A DNA stretch of 64,000 bases, from assembly GCA_965279515.1 (NCBI GenBank), contig CBDIID010000003.1:3136001-3200000 (forward strand), written 5' to 3'. Positions 19,399 to 28,904 of the stretch are shown here, piece by piece; the first letter of the stretch is position 1, and every line of letters starts with the position of its first letter. The translations under genes were made by a program, and so were the position numbers. The notes under the pieces are model-generated. The model ran no database searches. It was given only the letters and a program-made list of their open reading frames with translations, and was not told the DNA's origin. Origin of the DNA: Turneriella sp. (GTDB lineage: Bacteria > Spirochaetota > Leptospiria > Turneriellales > Turneriellaceae).

Positions 19399-20544
19399 TT
19401 ATTCCAGAACGGTTTTTAAATCTTTCGCAAACGCAATTGCATAGACCGGAATCTCGTGGCCGAGGCCGGCGAGTGTATCCATGCTGAGGCGCTGGCTGGT
19501 TTTGCCGGGGCCGAAGTCAAGAATGTGCGTGATCGATTTATCGTTCTTCACCGGCAGCATCGATTTTTCCCAGTAGAGAGTTTTGACCATCAGGTCATCG
19601 GTCATGCGCATGCCGAGCTCGGGTGAGCTTTGCAGGTTCGTGCCATCCCAAAAGGAGTAAACTGGCATCTTAAGATCGGAGCCCTTGAAATCGAAGCCGA
19701 TCTTCGCGAGGTCGGGTTTGAATTTCTCGAGAATCGGCGTCATGAGTTCGCAGTGGAATGGGCAGGTCGAGCGCAGGTAGACGAATTTAATCTGCTTTGC
19801 TTCAAACTCCGCCTTATAACGTTCGTGAAAGGCAATGAGGTCGCCACGCGCGCCGGAGAGAATGCGGTTCGCGGGTGTGTTATAGAGACTCACGAAAATC
19901 TTCTTCGCGGCGCCGTTGAACTCTTTCACCCACGCTTCGATTGTCGCATGGCTTTCGCCGAGAACCGCGACCATGGGTGCTGGACCCTTGGCGCCTAAAC
20001 CTTCGCTCTTGGCGCTCTCTTCAGCAGTGGCGGTGATATGGGGAAAAACTTCCTGCGCGCGCACACCCATCAGAAACAGGTACTGGATGTACTTATAGAC
20101 GGCGTCGTTGTATGCCTGGCCTTCGAGTCCGAGCGCCGTAAAACTCGCAGCGATGAGGCCCTGGCTGTGGCCGGTTGCCCCCGCGGTGTGGGCCAGCATG
20201 GTTTTGCGGTCAAAGCCCTGCTGGTTGAGGTATTCGTAATGCGCGAACTGTGTTGCCTGAATCAGGCCGAGGGAGATCCCGGCGATTGACATAAAATCAT
20301 CAGAGGGCGCCGAGTCTGCTTCGGTGAGCCACTTGCGGAAATCGACTTTTTCGGGATGGGCGGCGGTGCCTTCGACCATTTTTGCGGCGGCTTCGATGGC
20401 TGATACAGCGACATCAAAGTAGGGTTTCATCGAGGCTTCGGCGTAGAGCTTCTGCATCTCTTTGAGGTAGGGGGCGCCTTGCCCGCCGAACTGGAGGAGG
20501 AATTTTGCCTGGCCCGCTTTCGCGGCGTCGAGTAGTTTGGACAT
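19399..20544 (-). CDS. Standalone ACP acyl/malonyltransferase resembling a type-I FAS AT/SAT domain
   Basis: FGGQG, GHSQG, CPFH, THILDFGPG motifs. Confidence 0.85.
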   Translation of the reverse strand: MSKLLDAAKAGQAKFLLQFGGQGAPYLKEMQKLYAEASMKPYFDVAVSAIEAAAKMVEGTAAHPEKVDFRKWLTEADSAPSDDFMSIAGISLGLIQATQFAHYEYLNQQGFDRKTMLAHTAGATGHSQGLIAASFTALGLEGQAYNDAVYKYIQYLFLMGVRAQEVFPHITATAEESAKSEGLGAKGPAPMVAVLGESHATIEAWVKEFNGAAKKIFVSLYNTPANRILSGARGDLIAFHERYKAEFEAKQIKFVYLRSTCPFHCELMTPILEKFKPDLAKIGFDFKGSDLKMPVYSFWDGTNLQSSPELGMRMTDDLMVKTLYWEKSMLPVKNDKSITHILDFGPGKTSQRLSMDTLAGLGHEIPVYAIAFAKDLKTVLE

Positions 20545-20642
20545 CCGCTCGCTTTCCGAATTTTATTCAGAGCGTCGAGTGAAATGAGCTTTATCGCCGT
20601 TAAAATCGCTTGAAATTGAATTCAGGGCCACCAGAACGGTAT

Positions 20643-22088
20643 ATGCTGAGCCGCATGCTCCTTGTGACTGGTCTGTGCGCATTCCGTCTGGCAGCGGTTG
20701 ACCTTCCTGGTGACTCGGCAATCCGACAGATGAAAGAGCGCGGCGCCGCCGCGGCCGAAGACTTGAGTCGCGCCTATGGCGTCGATGGCTTTGCGACGGA
20801 TATCTTCCACAAAGATGAGTCGCTGCTCTCGCTGGCCGTGCAATCAGGTAATCCACAGGCCGTGAAGTGGCTGCTCGACCACGGTGCGAAAATCGACGGC
20901 CATGATGGCCGCGGTATGCCGCTCTGGTTTGCCGCATTCCGTAAAGATACCGCGATCGTTCGCCTTCTCATCGCGAAAGGCGCCAAACCGAAGGTCGTAG
21001 CGGCGCGTGTGAATATGATCGAACCCGCAGTGCGCTCCGGCAGTATGGAACTGGCACAGATACTGATCGATAATGGCGCTCAGGTGGATTACCCCTTGGT
21101 ATTATTATCATGCACAGATGCGCCCTTAGCAATGACCCGCTATCTTTTGCCGAAAGCAGAAATGTCCGCGTACTGGATGACGCGCTGCATGGACTTTGCG
21201 CTCGAAAAGGATAAGTTCGACATTGTCACTTATTTGCTCAAAGAGAAAAATACCGAGGTCTCTGCCGGCACGCTTTTTATTGCACTCGCTGCGATCATAC
21301 AGCGGCAAGCGCCGCTGCCGGCGGAGTTGCTGCAGATGATTGTCGACCGCACACCCGACATCAATGCCATCGATACCCTTTCATTCCATTTCATTCCCGG
21401 CGACACTTCGGGGTTTAGCTTCGAAGATAAAACGGCGCTGATGGTTGCCGCATTTTACAACCGAACTGACTTGCTGCATATGCTCTTAAAACGAAACCCA
21501 GACGTGGGCAGGCAGACCCCTGGGCGCAAATACACAGCCCTGCATTATGCTGCCATGCGTTGCCACCGCGAAGCCATTGATGTCCTGCTGGAGTACCGCG
21601 CCTCCCTGAATCAGAACGATATTTTCGAAATGGCGCCGCTGAACTATGCGGCGGATCATTGTCCGCGGGAAATCGTGGCCCAGCTGGAGCGTGCTGGCGC
21701 GCAGAAGACAATCCTAACCCACAGCACGAAACGCGATGTCCGCAACGTCTTGTTTCATTATGGAATTCCCATCGCCTATACTATTTTTGCCGTCGCGATG
21801 CGCGAGGGCGTTTATAAGGATAATCCGCAGGATAACTGGTTTGGCCGCATCAATGGCCCGCTGGCCACGGCATTTCTGCTCGGGCCTGTGCCGGCTTTTG
21901 TTTTGATAGAGTCGAAATCGCTGGGGCTTCTGGGTGGCATTCTCGCGCCTTATATTGCCGTCATCGGCGGGATTGCCGGCCTTACCCTCGGCCTCATCTA
22001 CAATGAACGTTTCAACGACAACCGCGGTATCTATTACGCTTCGGTTGCGCCGATCTACGCGTTCACCCTGGCGCAGTTTTTTTTCTGA
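20643..22088 (+). CDS. Ankyrin-repeat protein with signal peptide and C-terminal TM helices
   Basis: TALMVAAFY, TALHYAAM, PLNYAA repeats; hydrophobic C-terminus. Confidence 0.85.
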   Translation: MLSRMLLVTGLCAFRLAAVDLPGDSAIRQMKERGAAAAEDLSRAYGVDGFATDIFHKDESLLSLAVQSGNPQAVKWLLDHGAKIDGHDGRGMPLWFAAFRKDTAIVRLLIAKGAKPKVVAARVNMIEPAVRSGSMELAQILIDNGAQVDYPLVLLSCTDAPLAMTRYLLPKAEMSAYWMTRCMDFALEKDKFDIVTYLLKEKNTEVSAGTLFIALAAIIQRQAPLPAELLQMIVDRTPDINAIDTLSFHFIPGDTSGFSFEDKTALMVAAFYNRTDLLHMLLKRNPDVGRQTPGRKYTALHYAAMRCHREAIDVLLEYRASLNQNDIFEMAPLNYAADHCPREIVAQLERAGAQKTILTHSTKRDVRNVLFHYGIPIAYTIFAVAMREGVYKDNPQDNWFGRINGPLATAFLLGPVPAFVLIESKSLGLLGGILAPYIAVIGGIAGLTLGLIYNERFNDNRGIYYASVAPIYAFTLAQFFF

Positions 22089-22124
22089 ACTTGGGGTTTT
22101 CCTGCATGACAAAGTGATCGCCGT

Positions 22125-23045
22125 TTGCGGTCGGTACCGCCGATCGTGTTCACACAATTCTGTAAAAAAATCGCCGCGGCGCCGGCTTTTCAAAATTCCA
22201 TCATCGGCGTTATTTTATTCGCAGGGCTGCTCGTCGGTCTCGAAACATACCCGGCTATCGAACAACGGTACGGCCGTATCCTGGATATTGTTGATATCGT
22301 CATTATTGTACTCTTCACGGCAGAGGTTTTAATCAAAATCGGCGCCGAGGGCGCAAAACCGTGGCGCTATTTCCGCGATCCATGGAATGTCTTCGACTTC
22401 ATCATTGTCACGGCGTGTTTCCTGCCCTTCGACAACCAGTACATCACCGTACTGCGACTGATCCGGCTGCTGCGTATTTTGCGCCTCCTGCGTGCCTTAC
22501 CCAAATTGCAGATTCTGGTCAATGCCCTGTTTAAAAGTATTCCTTCGATGGGTTATGTAGCGGTGCTCATGGGACTCCTCTTTTACGTCTTCGCGATAGC
22601 CGGTGTTTTTCTGTTCGGAAAAAATGACCCGCTGCATTTTGGCAACCTGAGCCAATCACTTTTATCGCTGTTTCAAACGGTGACGCTTGAGGGCTGGATT
22701 GAGCTGCTGAATATTCAGCTTCACGGTTGCGACAAAGTTGGTTATGAGGCATTTAAAGCTCTCTGCACGCATCCGCAACAAATGGCGCTTGCACCACTGT
22801 TTTTTATCACGTTCATTCTTTTGGGAACCTTCATTATGATGAACCTTTTCATCGGTGTCATACTCAACGGCATGGAAGAGGCGCGCAATGAACTGGCCGA
22901 TCTGAAAAAAAAGGAAGCTGCCGCCAACCCGCGCGCTTATGATTTAAAGCGCATTGAAGTAGAAGTTGAAAAGCTCAACACGAGCCTCAAGACCCTGCAG
23001 ATTACCAAAATCCGGTTCCGGGAAAAAGGTGACGAGGATGCCTGA
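22125..23045 (+). CDS. Bacterial voltage-gated cation (Na+) channel, ion transport family
   Basis: WNVFDF, S4 RLIRLLRILRLLR, pore filter TLEGW. Confidence 0.9.
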   Translation: MRSVPPIVFTQFCKKIAAAPAFQNSIIGVILFAGLLVGLETYPAIEQRYGRILDIVDIVIIVLFTAEVLIKIGAEGAKPWRYFRDPWNVFDFIIVTACFLPFDNQYITVLRLIRLLRILRLLRALPKLQILVNALFKSIPSMGYVAVLMGLLFYVFAIAGVFLFGKNDPLHFGNLSQSLLSLFQTVTLEGWIELLNIQLHGCDKVGYEAFKALCTHPQQMALAPLFFITFILLGTFIMMNLFIGVILNGMEEARNELADLKKKEAAANPRAYDLKRIEVEVEKLNTSLKTLQITKIRFREKGDEDA

Positions 23046-23060
23046 TGGCGAAGACGTCTT

Positions 23061-24833
23061 TTAAGCGTAGATATGTTCTTTGCCCTTTGCGGCGAGAAAT
23101 TTACCGAAGCCTCTCTTTTTACCTAAATCAGGCAGTGCCTTTCCGTTTTTGACTGCCGCGCGTCCGTTGATAAAGACCGCGCGCACTGCGGCGTCGTTGC
23201 GGCGCACGAGCCTGACAAGACCGCCGAATTCCGGCATCTTCGCCTCATGGATTTCTTCAACCTCATCGGTGATAGCCTTGGGATCGAGGATGGTAATATC
23301 GGCCTGCATGCCGATGCTGAGTTTGCCGTTATTTAACCCGAACCAATCGGCGATTTCGCCGGTAAGGCGCCAGATGGCTTTTTCGACGCTCATGAAGGGT
23401 TTGCCCTCTTTCTCAGCCGCGCGCACGAGGTTCAGCATCCGCAAGGGAAAATTGTAATGGGCCATACCGCGCAGGTGCGCACCGGCATCGGAAAAGCCGA
23501 TCAAGACATCGGGGTGGCTCACGATGTAACGCAGCGGTTTCACGCGGTCGTTGCCGATCACCGTATACCAGCGGATGTCATTGCCGTACTCAGCACAGAG
23601 GTCGAGAAAGGTATCGACAACATGCTGTTTGCGTTCGCGGGCTATCTCCACGAAAGATCGGCCGATGAGATCGGTATCCGGGCATTCGACGACTTTAGAT
23701 TGGTTGAAATCGCGGTGGAAGACGCGCGGCAGAAACCAATTGGTCCACTGCCGGCGAAACCAGCTGCGGTATTTGGAATCGCTCAGCAGTTTTTTGCGCT
23801 CGGCGAGATTTTCCAGGTGGATCGCAGCTGTGCCGGCGCCGAATTCCTCGAAGACGACGACATCGACGCCGTCGGCGTAGAGATCAAAAATCTCGGGCAG
23901 CGCCTGCAGGCGAATATCGGCGCGGAGCACCTTGTTGAAGAACCGCGTCAGGCCTGCGACGAGGCGGTAGAGGGTGCGGTTCGAGCGCACGTCCATGAGC
24001 GAGATAATTGTCGTTTTGAGCTTACGCCGCATGAACCCCATGCTCTCCTTAAAAAATAATAGCACATTATACTTCGTCGAAACATTCGGCACGCCCTGAA
24101 AGACTGCGCCGCGTTTACGCAGAAGATTGCAGAAGCTATGGATCTCGCTCCACCGCGCATAGGTCGAGGGCAGCGCACGGCTGCGGAAACGCTCGCCGTC
24201 CATTTTATCCCATGTCAGCGTATTGATCGAGAGGCCAAGGTAACCCGCGTCGAGGGCTTCATCGAGCAGGCGCTCCATACGGCGCTGCTCTTCTTTGGTT
24301 GGCTTTTCTCCCTTAGTTAATGAACGCCCGAGTCCCATGACATGGGCGCGTATTGCCGAATGCCCGAGAAAGCTCGCGACATTGGGCCCGAGCTTCAGGC
24401 CATTGATGTGATCCGCGTATTCCCGCGCGGTATTCCAGCTTTTCTTCTTTAATAGGGGCAGAACCTGTTTGCGGGGGATTGCCTCGACGCGGCTGAACAT
24501 ATCGGCGAGATCTTCAGGCGTGCCGATGCACAGGCTAAGGGAGCAGCTGCCAATAGCGACAGTGGTTACGCCATGGCGCACCGATTCAGAAAGCGCTGGT
24601 GCCGCTTCAATCTCCGCGTCGTAGTGTGTGTGGAAATCGATAAAACCGGGAGTCACCCAAAGCCCGTCGGCCTTGTGAAAGGCCTTCGCCTGCGTCCGCG
24701 GTATGGCTTCCCTGCTGATCGCCGCGATTTTTCCGCCGCGCACGCCGACATCGCCGACAAAGGCAGGTGCGCCTGTGCCGTCATAGATCGTTCCGCGGCT
24801 AATGACAAGATCGAATTTTTTTGGGTTCGGCAT
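23061..24833 (-). CDS. N-acyl-D-amino-acid deacylase family amidohydrolase
   Basis: PGFIDFHTHYD, SDAGAH motifs. Confidence 0.9.
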   Translation of the reverse strand: MPNPKKFDLVISRGTIYDGTGAPAFVGDVGVRGGKIAAISREAIPRTQAKAFHKADGLWVTPGFIDFHTHYDAEIEAAPALSESVRHGVTTVAIGSCSLSLCIGTPEDLADMFSRVEAIPRKQVLPLLKKKSWNTAREYADHINGLKLGPNVASFLGHSAIRAHVMGLGRSLTKGEKPTKEEQRRMERLLDEALDAGYLGLSINTLTWDKMDGERFRSRALPSTYARWSEIHSFCNLLRKRGAVFQGVPNVSTKYNVLLFFKESMGFMRRKLKTTIISLMDVRSNRTLYRLVAGLTRFFNKVLRADIRLQALPEIFDLYADGVDVVVFEEFGAGTAAIHLENLAERKKLLSDSKYRSWFRRQWTNWFLPRVFHRDFNQSKVVECPDTDLIGRSFVEIARERKQHVVDTFLDLCAEYGNDIRWYTVIGNDRVKPLRYIVSHPDVLIGFSDAGAHLRGMAHYNFPLRMLNLVRAAEKEGKPFMSVEKAIWRLTGEIADWFGLNNGKLSIGMQADITILDPKAITDEVEEIHEAKMPEFGGLVRLVRRNDAAVRAVFINGRAAVKNGKALPDLGKKRGFGKFLAAKGKEHIYA

Positions 24834-24873
24834 GCTTCACGCGGAACCCCACGGTTCGGGCGTAAAGATATTT

Positions 24874-27648
24874 TCAGCGGCTGAGGAAAACGTCGATGCG
24901 CCGGTTCTTTTGCGCCATCGCGCCGCGCGCATTATAAACCGGGCTCGAATCGCCGAAACCCTGGTAGGCGATGCGTTCGGCGGATATCCCCTTGTCGACC
25001 AGATAGTCATAGACCTTGCGGGCCGCGGCCTCTGTGAGTTTGAGGCTTCTCTCGATACCCGCGCCCGGCGCCGAATGCACCTCGATCTTGATTTTATATT
25101 TGGGGTAACGGCTGAGAAGATTATAAAGCAGGCTGAGCCTCTCGTCACCCGGGTTTTCGATATCGGCATTCGGCAGGCGAATTTGAAATCCGCTGCCGCT
25201 TGCCGGCGCCAGTATGCCTGTCTCGAAACGGCGCGGCGCGGTTGTGGTCGTGTTACCCAGGGCATCCGTTGCGGTCAGCGTGTACTGATAGAGCGTCAGC
25301 GATTCGACGGCAGCGCCGGTGTCACTGCGGCCATCCCAAAAGACTGTGAGTGGGATCTCCCCCTCACCCTGAAACCTGCGCACGGGAATCAGTTTGACTC
25401 CCTTGCTTTCAGGCACGACCTCATCGATGGCCAGCGTATACGACTTAATCTGCGAGAGGTCGGCGGCACTCAGGCGAAAGGCCTGTTCTTCATTTTCGCC
25501 GTCGCCGTCCGGGGTGAATTGCCGCACATTGAGGTCGGCCTGAATCTCGAGCTCGGGTGGAGTGCTATCGAGCAGTATTTTGATCGGCGGCGACTCGGGG
25601 CTGTTGCCGTTTTCATAGCGGCCGCGGAATGCCAGGCAGTAGGTGCCGTCGGGGGCGCGGTTTGCCGAAGCTGCTTCGCCCCGCCAGACAAATGCCAGGG
25701 ATTTATCTTTTTTTGTTTTTTTCTTTTTCTCGTTCGGTTTGAGATCGAGTACGGGAATCTTAAAGATAATATCTTCGGCTTTAGGCGAGCAGGCCTTGCG
25801 GATCAGAATTTCACCGTCGATATAACCATCGGCAAAGGCAACAGAGGGGAAAAGCTCCAATTCAGAAAAGGCCTTCTGCGCCGGGTTAAATCCCATTGCG
25901 GAGCTTTTGAGAAACAGCGCATCGATGCGGCGCGATATATAGAAGTTCGCGCTCAGCGCCTCGCTGCGGTTACCCGCGGCGTCGCGGCCGGTCAGGCGGT
26001 AGCGGTAAACACCCTCTTCGGCGGGTTCGCCATTATCTCTTTTGCCGTCAAAATCGACGCGTGTGGGGGCGTTTTCCGGCCACTGGAAGCTGCGGATTTT
26101 TTCACCCGCGGTATTGAGGACCACCCCCTCATAGCTGTCTGAAGCGGTCGTATCCTGGGTGATCGTTAAGAGGTCGCGCTGGCCATCGCCATTGGGCGAG
26201 ATGAGATCGTCGCTGATTTCTACACTGGCGCCCGGGCGTTTGGTGTCGATGGCGATCTCACCGGTCACGTGCCGGCTTTCGTTGTTCTTCTCATCCATCG
26301 CCCAGAATTCGTAGTTATAGACGCCGTCGGGTAAACTCTCGGTCGAAGCTTCTTCTTCAAAGACCGTATCCTTGACGGGTTTTTTCTTCTGCGCAGTAAT
26401 ACGACCGTTCCAGCTGAAGCGTTCGGGTATATCAGAGCGTCCGCGTGGCGCCATGAAGCTGCGGAAGAACAGCGTGAAGCTGAAATCCTTCTCGCGGATG
26501 CGTTCGTCGCCCTTCTGCTTGTGGACTATATTGCCCTTGGCATCGCGGATACGGAACTCATAGTACACGATCGGGCTCTTATCGGTGACCTTGGCCGTGA
26601 AGGTGATGATGTCGCGCACGCCGTCATTGTCCGGTGAGAAGGATTTCCCCTCGCTCTCAAAGCTCACCTCCGGGGGATCAGAATCAATACCGCCCAGCCT
26701 GACCCCGGCCGTGACGCTGTGGATGTCGCTGCGGGTCGAATTGCCGACGCTCAGGTTATAAAAGAGAAAACTGTCGCCGAATGAGAATGGTACATGGGCG
26801 CCAAGGCCGAGAGACAGGCCATTACCGGTCGCGGAGTAGTTGCTTGTCCCGTAACCGGCCGACAGTAAAAACCAGCGGTACTGCGTCTGTATGCCGACCA
26901 GGATAGGAACGCGGTCGAAACGGTCGCTGCCATAGGTCGAAACAATCGTTGCCCAGTTGAAGTTCGTGCTCTGGTAAAACCCGGTGATAATCCCCACATG
27001 CGCGGCAGGTTTGGCGAGCAGCTCGCTTTCACCGACGGGGATAGCCAGGTTTTGTGTCGTCAGAAAGACCGAAGGCGAATAAATCCCGAAGCCGTCGTTG
27101 TCGCCGAACGCAGTATGCCACTTGCTGTCTATAAGGAGGGAAGGGTTGATGCCGAAGCCAAAGGCCTGCCGGCTGTCGAATGTGGTGTAGCGGGGACTGA
27201 GGCTGAGGCCCGTCGCGACACGTTTAGATAAAAAACCGCCATACGAAAAATTCAGCGCCGCACTTTTGTCATCCGCCTGCAGGTAATCGACGCCAAGGCC
27301 CAGGCCGCCGAAGGGGCTGAAGAGTGCCGTGTCGGCAAAAAAGCCGGTGAGGTTAGAGCCGAAGATGCCGCCCGCGAAAAAAGCGTTCTGCGAACCGTAG
27401 GCGAGCATTGCGGGGTTTACCGCAGTCGCAGCCTGCACAGGAATGTTGTGCGTTACCTGGCCACCGACCGCGGCGTTGAAAGGCCGCAGCGGCAGACTCA
27501 GATAGTTGGCCGTGCGTTCTGCGGCGAGGCTGGTCGCAGCACAAAGTGACATAATAGTGAAGAGGGATATCCGACGCAAAGGCAAGGCAGCGTAGTAGAA
27601 AAGAAACACATCGGGCAAAGCTAAAATAGTACTACAAAATATGGCCAT
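24874..27648 (-). CDS. Large OmpA-family protein: N-terminal beta-barrel, FlgD/Ig-like repeats, C-terminal OmpA domain
   Basis: Repeated FSPDNDG/ISPNGDG/FTPDGDG units, GFGDSSP..KNRRIDV; true start may be nearer 27552-27580. Confidence 0.85.
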   Translation of the reverse strand: MAIFCSTILALPDVFLFYYAALPLRRISLFTIMSLCAATSLAAERTANYLSLPLRPFNAAVGGQVTHNIPVQAATAVNPAMLAYGSQNAFFAGGIFGSNLTGFFADTALFSPFGGLGLGVDYLQADDKSAALNFSYGGFLSKRVATGLSLSPRYTTFDSRQAFGFGINPSLLIDSKWHTAFGDNDGFGIYSPSVFLTTQNLAIPVGESELLAKPAAHVGIITGFYQSTNFNWATIVSTYGSDRFDRVPILVGIQTQYRWFLLSAGYGTSNYSATGNGLSLGLGAHVPFSFGDSFLFYNLSVGNSTRSDIHSVTAGVRLGGIDSDPPEVSFESEGKSFSPDNDGVRDIITFTAKVTDKSPIVYYEFRIRDAKGNIVHKQKGDERIREKDFSFTLFFRSFMAPRGRSDIPERFSWNGRITAQKKKPVKDTVFEEEASTESLPDGVYNYEFWAMDEKNNESRHVTGEIAIDTKRPGASVEISDDLISPNGDGQRDLLTITQDTTASDSYEGVVLNTAGEKIRSFQWPENAPTRVDFDGKRDNGEPAEEGVYRYRLTGRDAAGNRSEALSANFYISRRIDALFLKSSAMGFNPAQKAFSELELFPSVAFADGYIDGEILIRKACSPKAEDIIFKIPVLDLKPNEKKKKTKKDKSLAFVWRGEAASANRAPDGTYCLAFRGRYENGNSPESPPIKILLDSTPPELEIQADLNVRQFTPDGDGENEEQAFRLSAADLSQIKSYTLAIDEVVPESKGVKLIPVRRFQGEGEIPLTVFWDGRSDTGAAVESLTLYQYTLTATDALGNTTTTAPRRFETGILAPASGSGFQIRLPNADIENPGDERLSLLYNLLSRYPKYKIKIEVHSAPGAGIERSLKLTEAAARKVYDYLVDKGISAERIAYQGFGDSSPVYNARGAMAQKNRRIDVFLSR

Positions 27649-27666
27649 TTCTCACGAAGATAGAAT

Positions 27667-28233
27667 ATGCAGGATATCGATTTCAGCCGTTATTATCGCC
27701 GCGGCCGCAGGGCGGGAGCATACTCCGCCACAGAGAGTACGGAGTCCCGGGGCACACCCCTCAAAGTGAATAAAATCTCACTGTATCTTGCTATTGCCTT
27801 CTCGTCCCTGGCAATCGGTTTTATCGGCGGCACACAGCTGCAGAAGAGCAAAATGACGCGCGAGATCGAGGGCAAGATCGTGCCTGACAGCATCGCCACT
27901 GCAAACGTCGCGCAGCCCGGAAACGCCGAAGAAGAAAAGGTTTCAGAGAACGTTCACATGACCCGCCCGGACGAAAAGGCGCGTCCCGAAGCGTCGGCAA
28001 AAGAACCGAAGGCAAGCTACCTGATTCTCGCGAAAATCTTCCCCGACGAGAAAGAAGCGTCGCTCGCAGGCCTCAACCTGAAACGCAACGGCCAGAAGGC
28101 ATTTATGGCGCGTAACGGCAAAAAGGTGAAGCTCTATGTCGGCCCGATCGAAGGCAAACCCGAAGCGTATGAGATTTTGGCCAAACTGAAGAAGAATTCC
28201 GACTTTTCGGGAGCTATCCTCTACAAAAAATAG
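27667..28233 (+). CDS. Membrane-anchored SPOR-like domain protein
   Basis: Single TM helix, linker, KLYVGP C-terminal motif. Confidence 0.65.
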   Translation: MQDIDFSRYYRRGRRAGAYSATESTESRGTPLKVNKISLYLAIAFSSLAIGFIGGTQLQKSKMTREIEGKIVPDSIATANVAQPGNAEEEKVSENVHMTRPDEKARPEASAKEPKASYLILAKIFPDEKEASLAGLNLKRNGQKAFMARNGKKVKLYVGPIEGKPEAYEILAKLKKNSDFSGAILYKK

Positions 28234-28236
28234 CGT

Positions 28237-28698
28237 GTGATCCGCGACGCACAGCTTCAAGATGCGGCAGATATCGCCGCGCTACTCAAACCCTACGTCG
28301 AAAAAAAGATCCTGCTCCACCGCTCGCTGGATGAAATCCGCGAGAATGTCGATAAGACCGTCGTCGAGATCGAGGACGGCCGCATCGTCGGCACAACCAG
28401 CCTTGTCTTCTTCTCTGAGACGCTCTGCGAGATCCGCGCTCTGGTAATCTCCGATGCCGTTCAGGGATCAGGAATCGGCCGTCGCCTGGTGCTTGCGGCT
28501 GAAGAGAAGGCGCAGCGCCTGCAGGCGACGCGACCCTTGCGGTTTTTCGCCCTGACCTATACTCCTGAGTTCTTCGAGCGCGTGGGTTACACGCGCACGA
28601 CGAAAGATATGTTTCCTGAAAAAATCTACGAGGTCTGTAACTTCTGTCTGCGCAAAGACGACTGCCACGAGATCGCGGTGCAGAAGATCGTCGCGTGA
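28237..28698 (+). CDS. GNAT N-acetyltransferase (short ArgA-like)
   Basis: EIRAL..QGSGIG, FALTY..FF, PEKIYEVCNFC..CHEIA. Confidence 0.85.
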   Translation: MIRDAQLQDAADIAALLKPYVEKKILLHRSLDEIRENVDKTVVEIEDGRIVGTTSLVFFSETLCEIRALVISDAVQGSGIGRRLVLAAEEKAQRLQATRPLRFFALTYTPEFFERVGYTRTTKDMFPEKIYEVCNFCLRKDDCHEIAVQKIVA

Positions 28699-28806
28699 GC
28701 GATCGTTAAAAAAATCCCCGCCGCGATTTTGAAAATTTTTCCGGCAGGTGCCAAAAAAAATCTGAAATCAAAAAACTCCGGTGAGATAATTTTTTCGAGT
28801 AATTGG

Positions 28807-28834
28807 TTGACGCCTCACGTGTCTCGGTTACGAT
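28807..28834 (+). promoter_or_regulatory. Putative sigma70 promoter for LCP-rsfS
   Basis: TTGACG-16 nt-TACGAT, downstream of A/T tracts. Confidence 0.45.
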
Positions 28835-28904
28835 GTGACATAATTCCTGTCATGAGACATAATACGGTCACAGAAACTGCAGTCGGAAATCAAAAATAAA
28901 ATTC

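Noticed and set aside
24802..26142. 446-aa plus-strand ORF
   Set aside because: Antisense shadow of the OmpA-family gene; no recognisable motifs.
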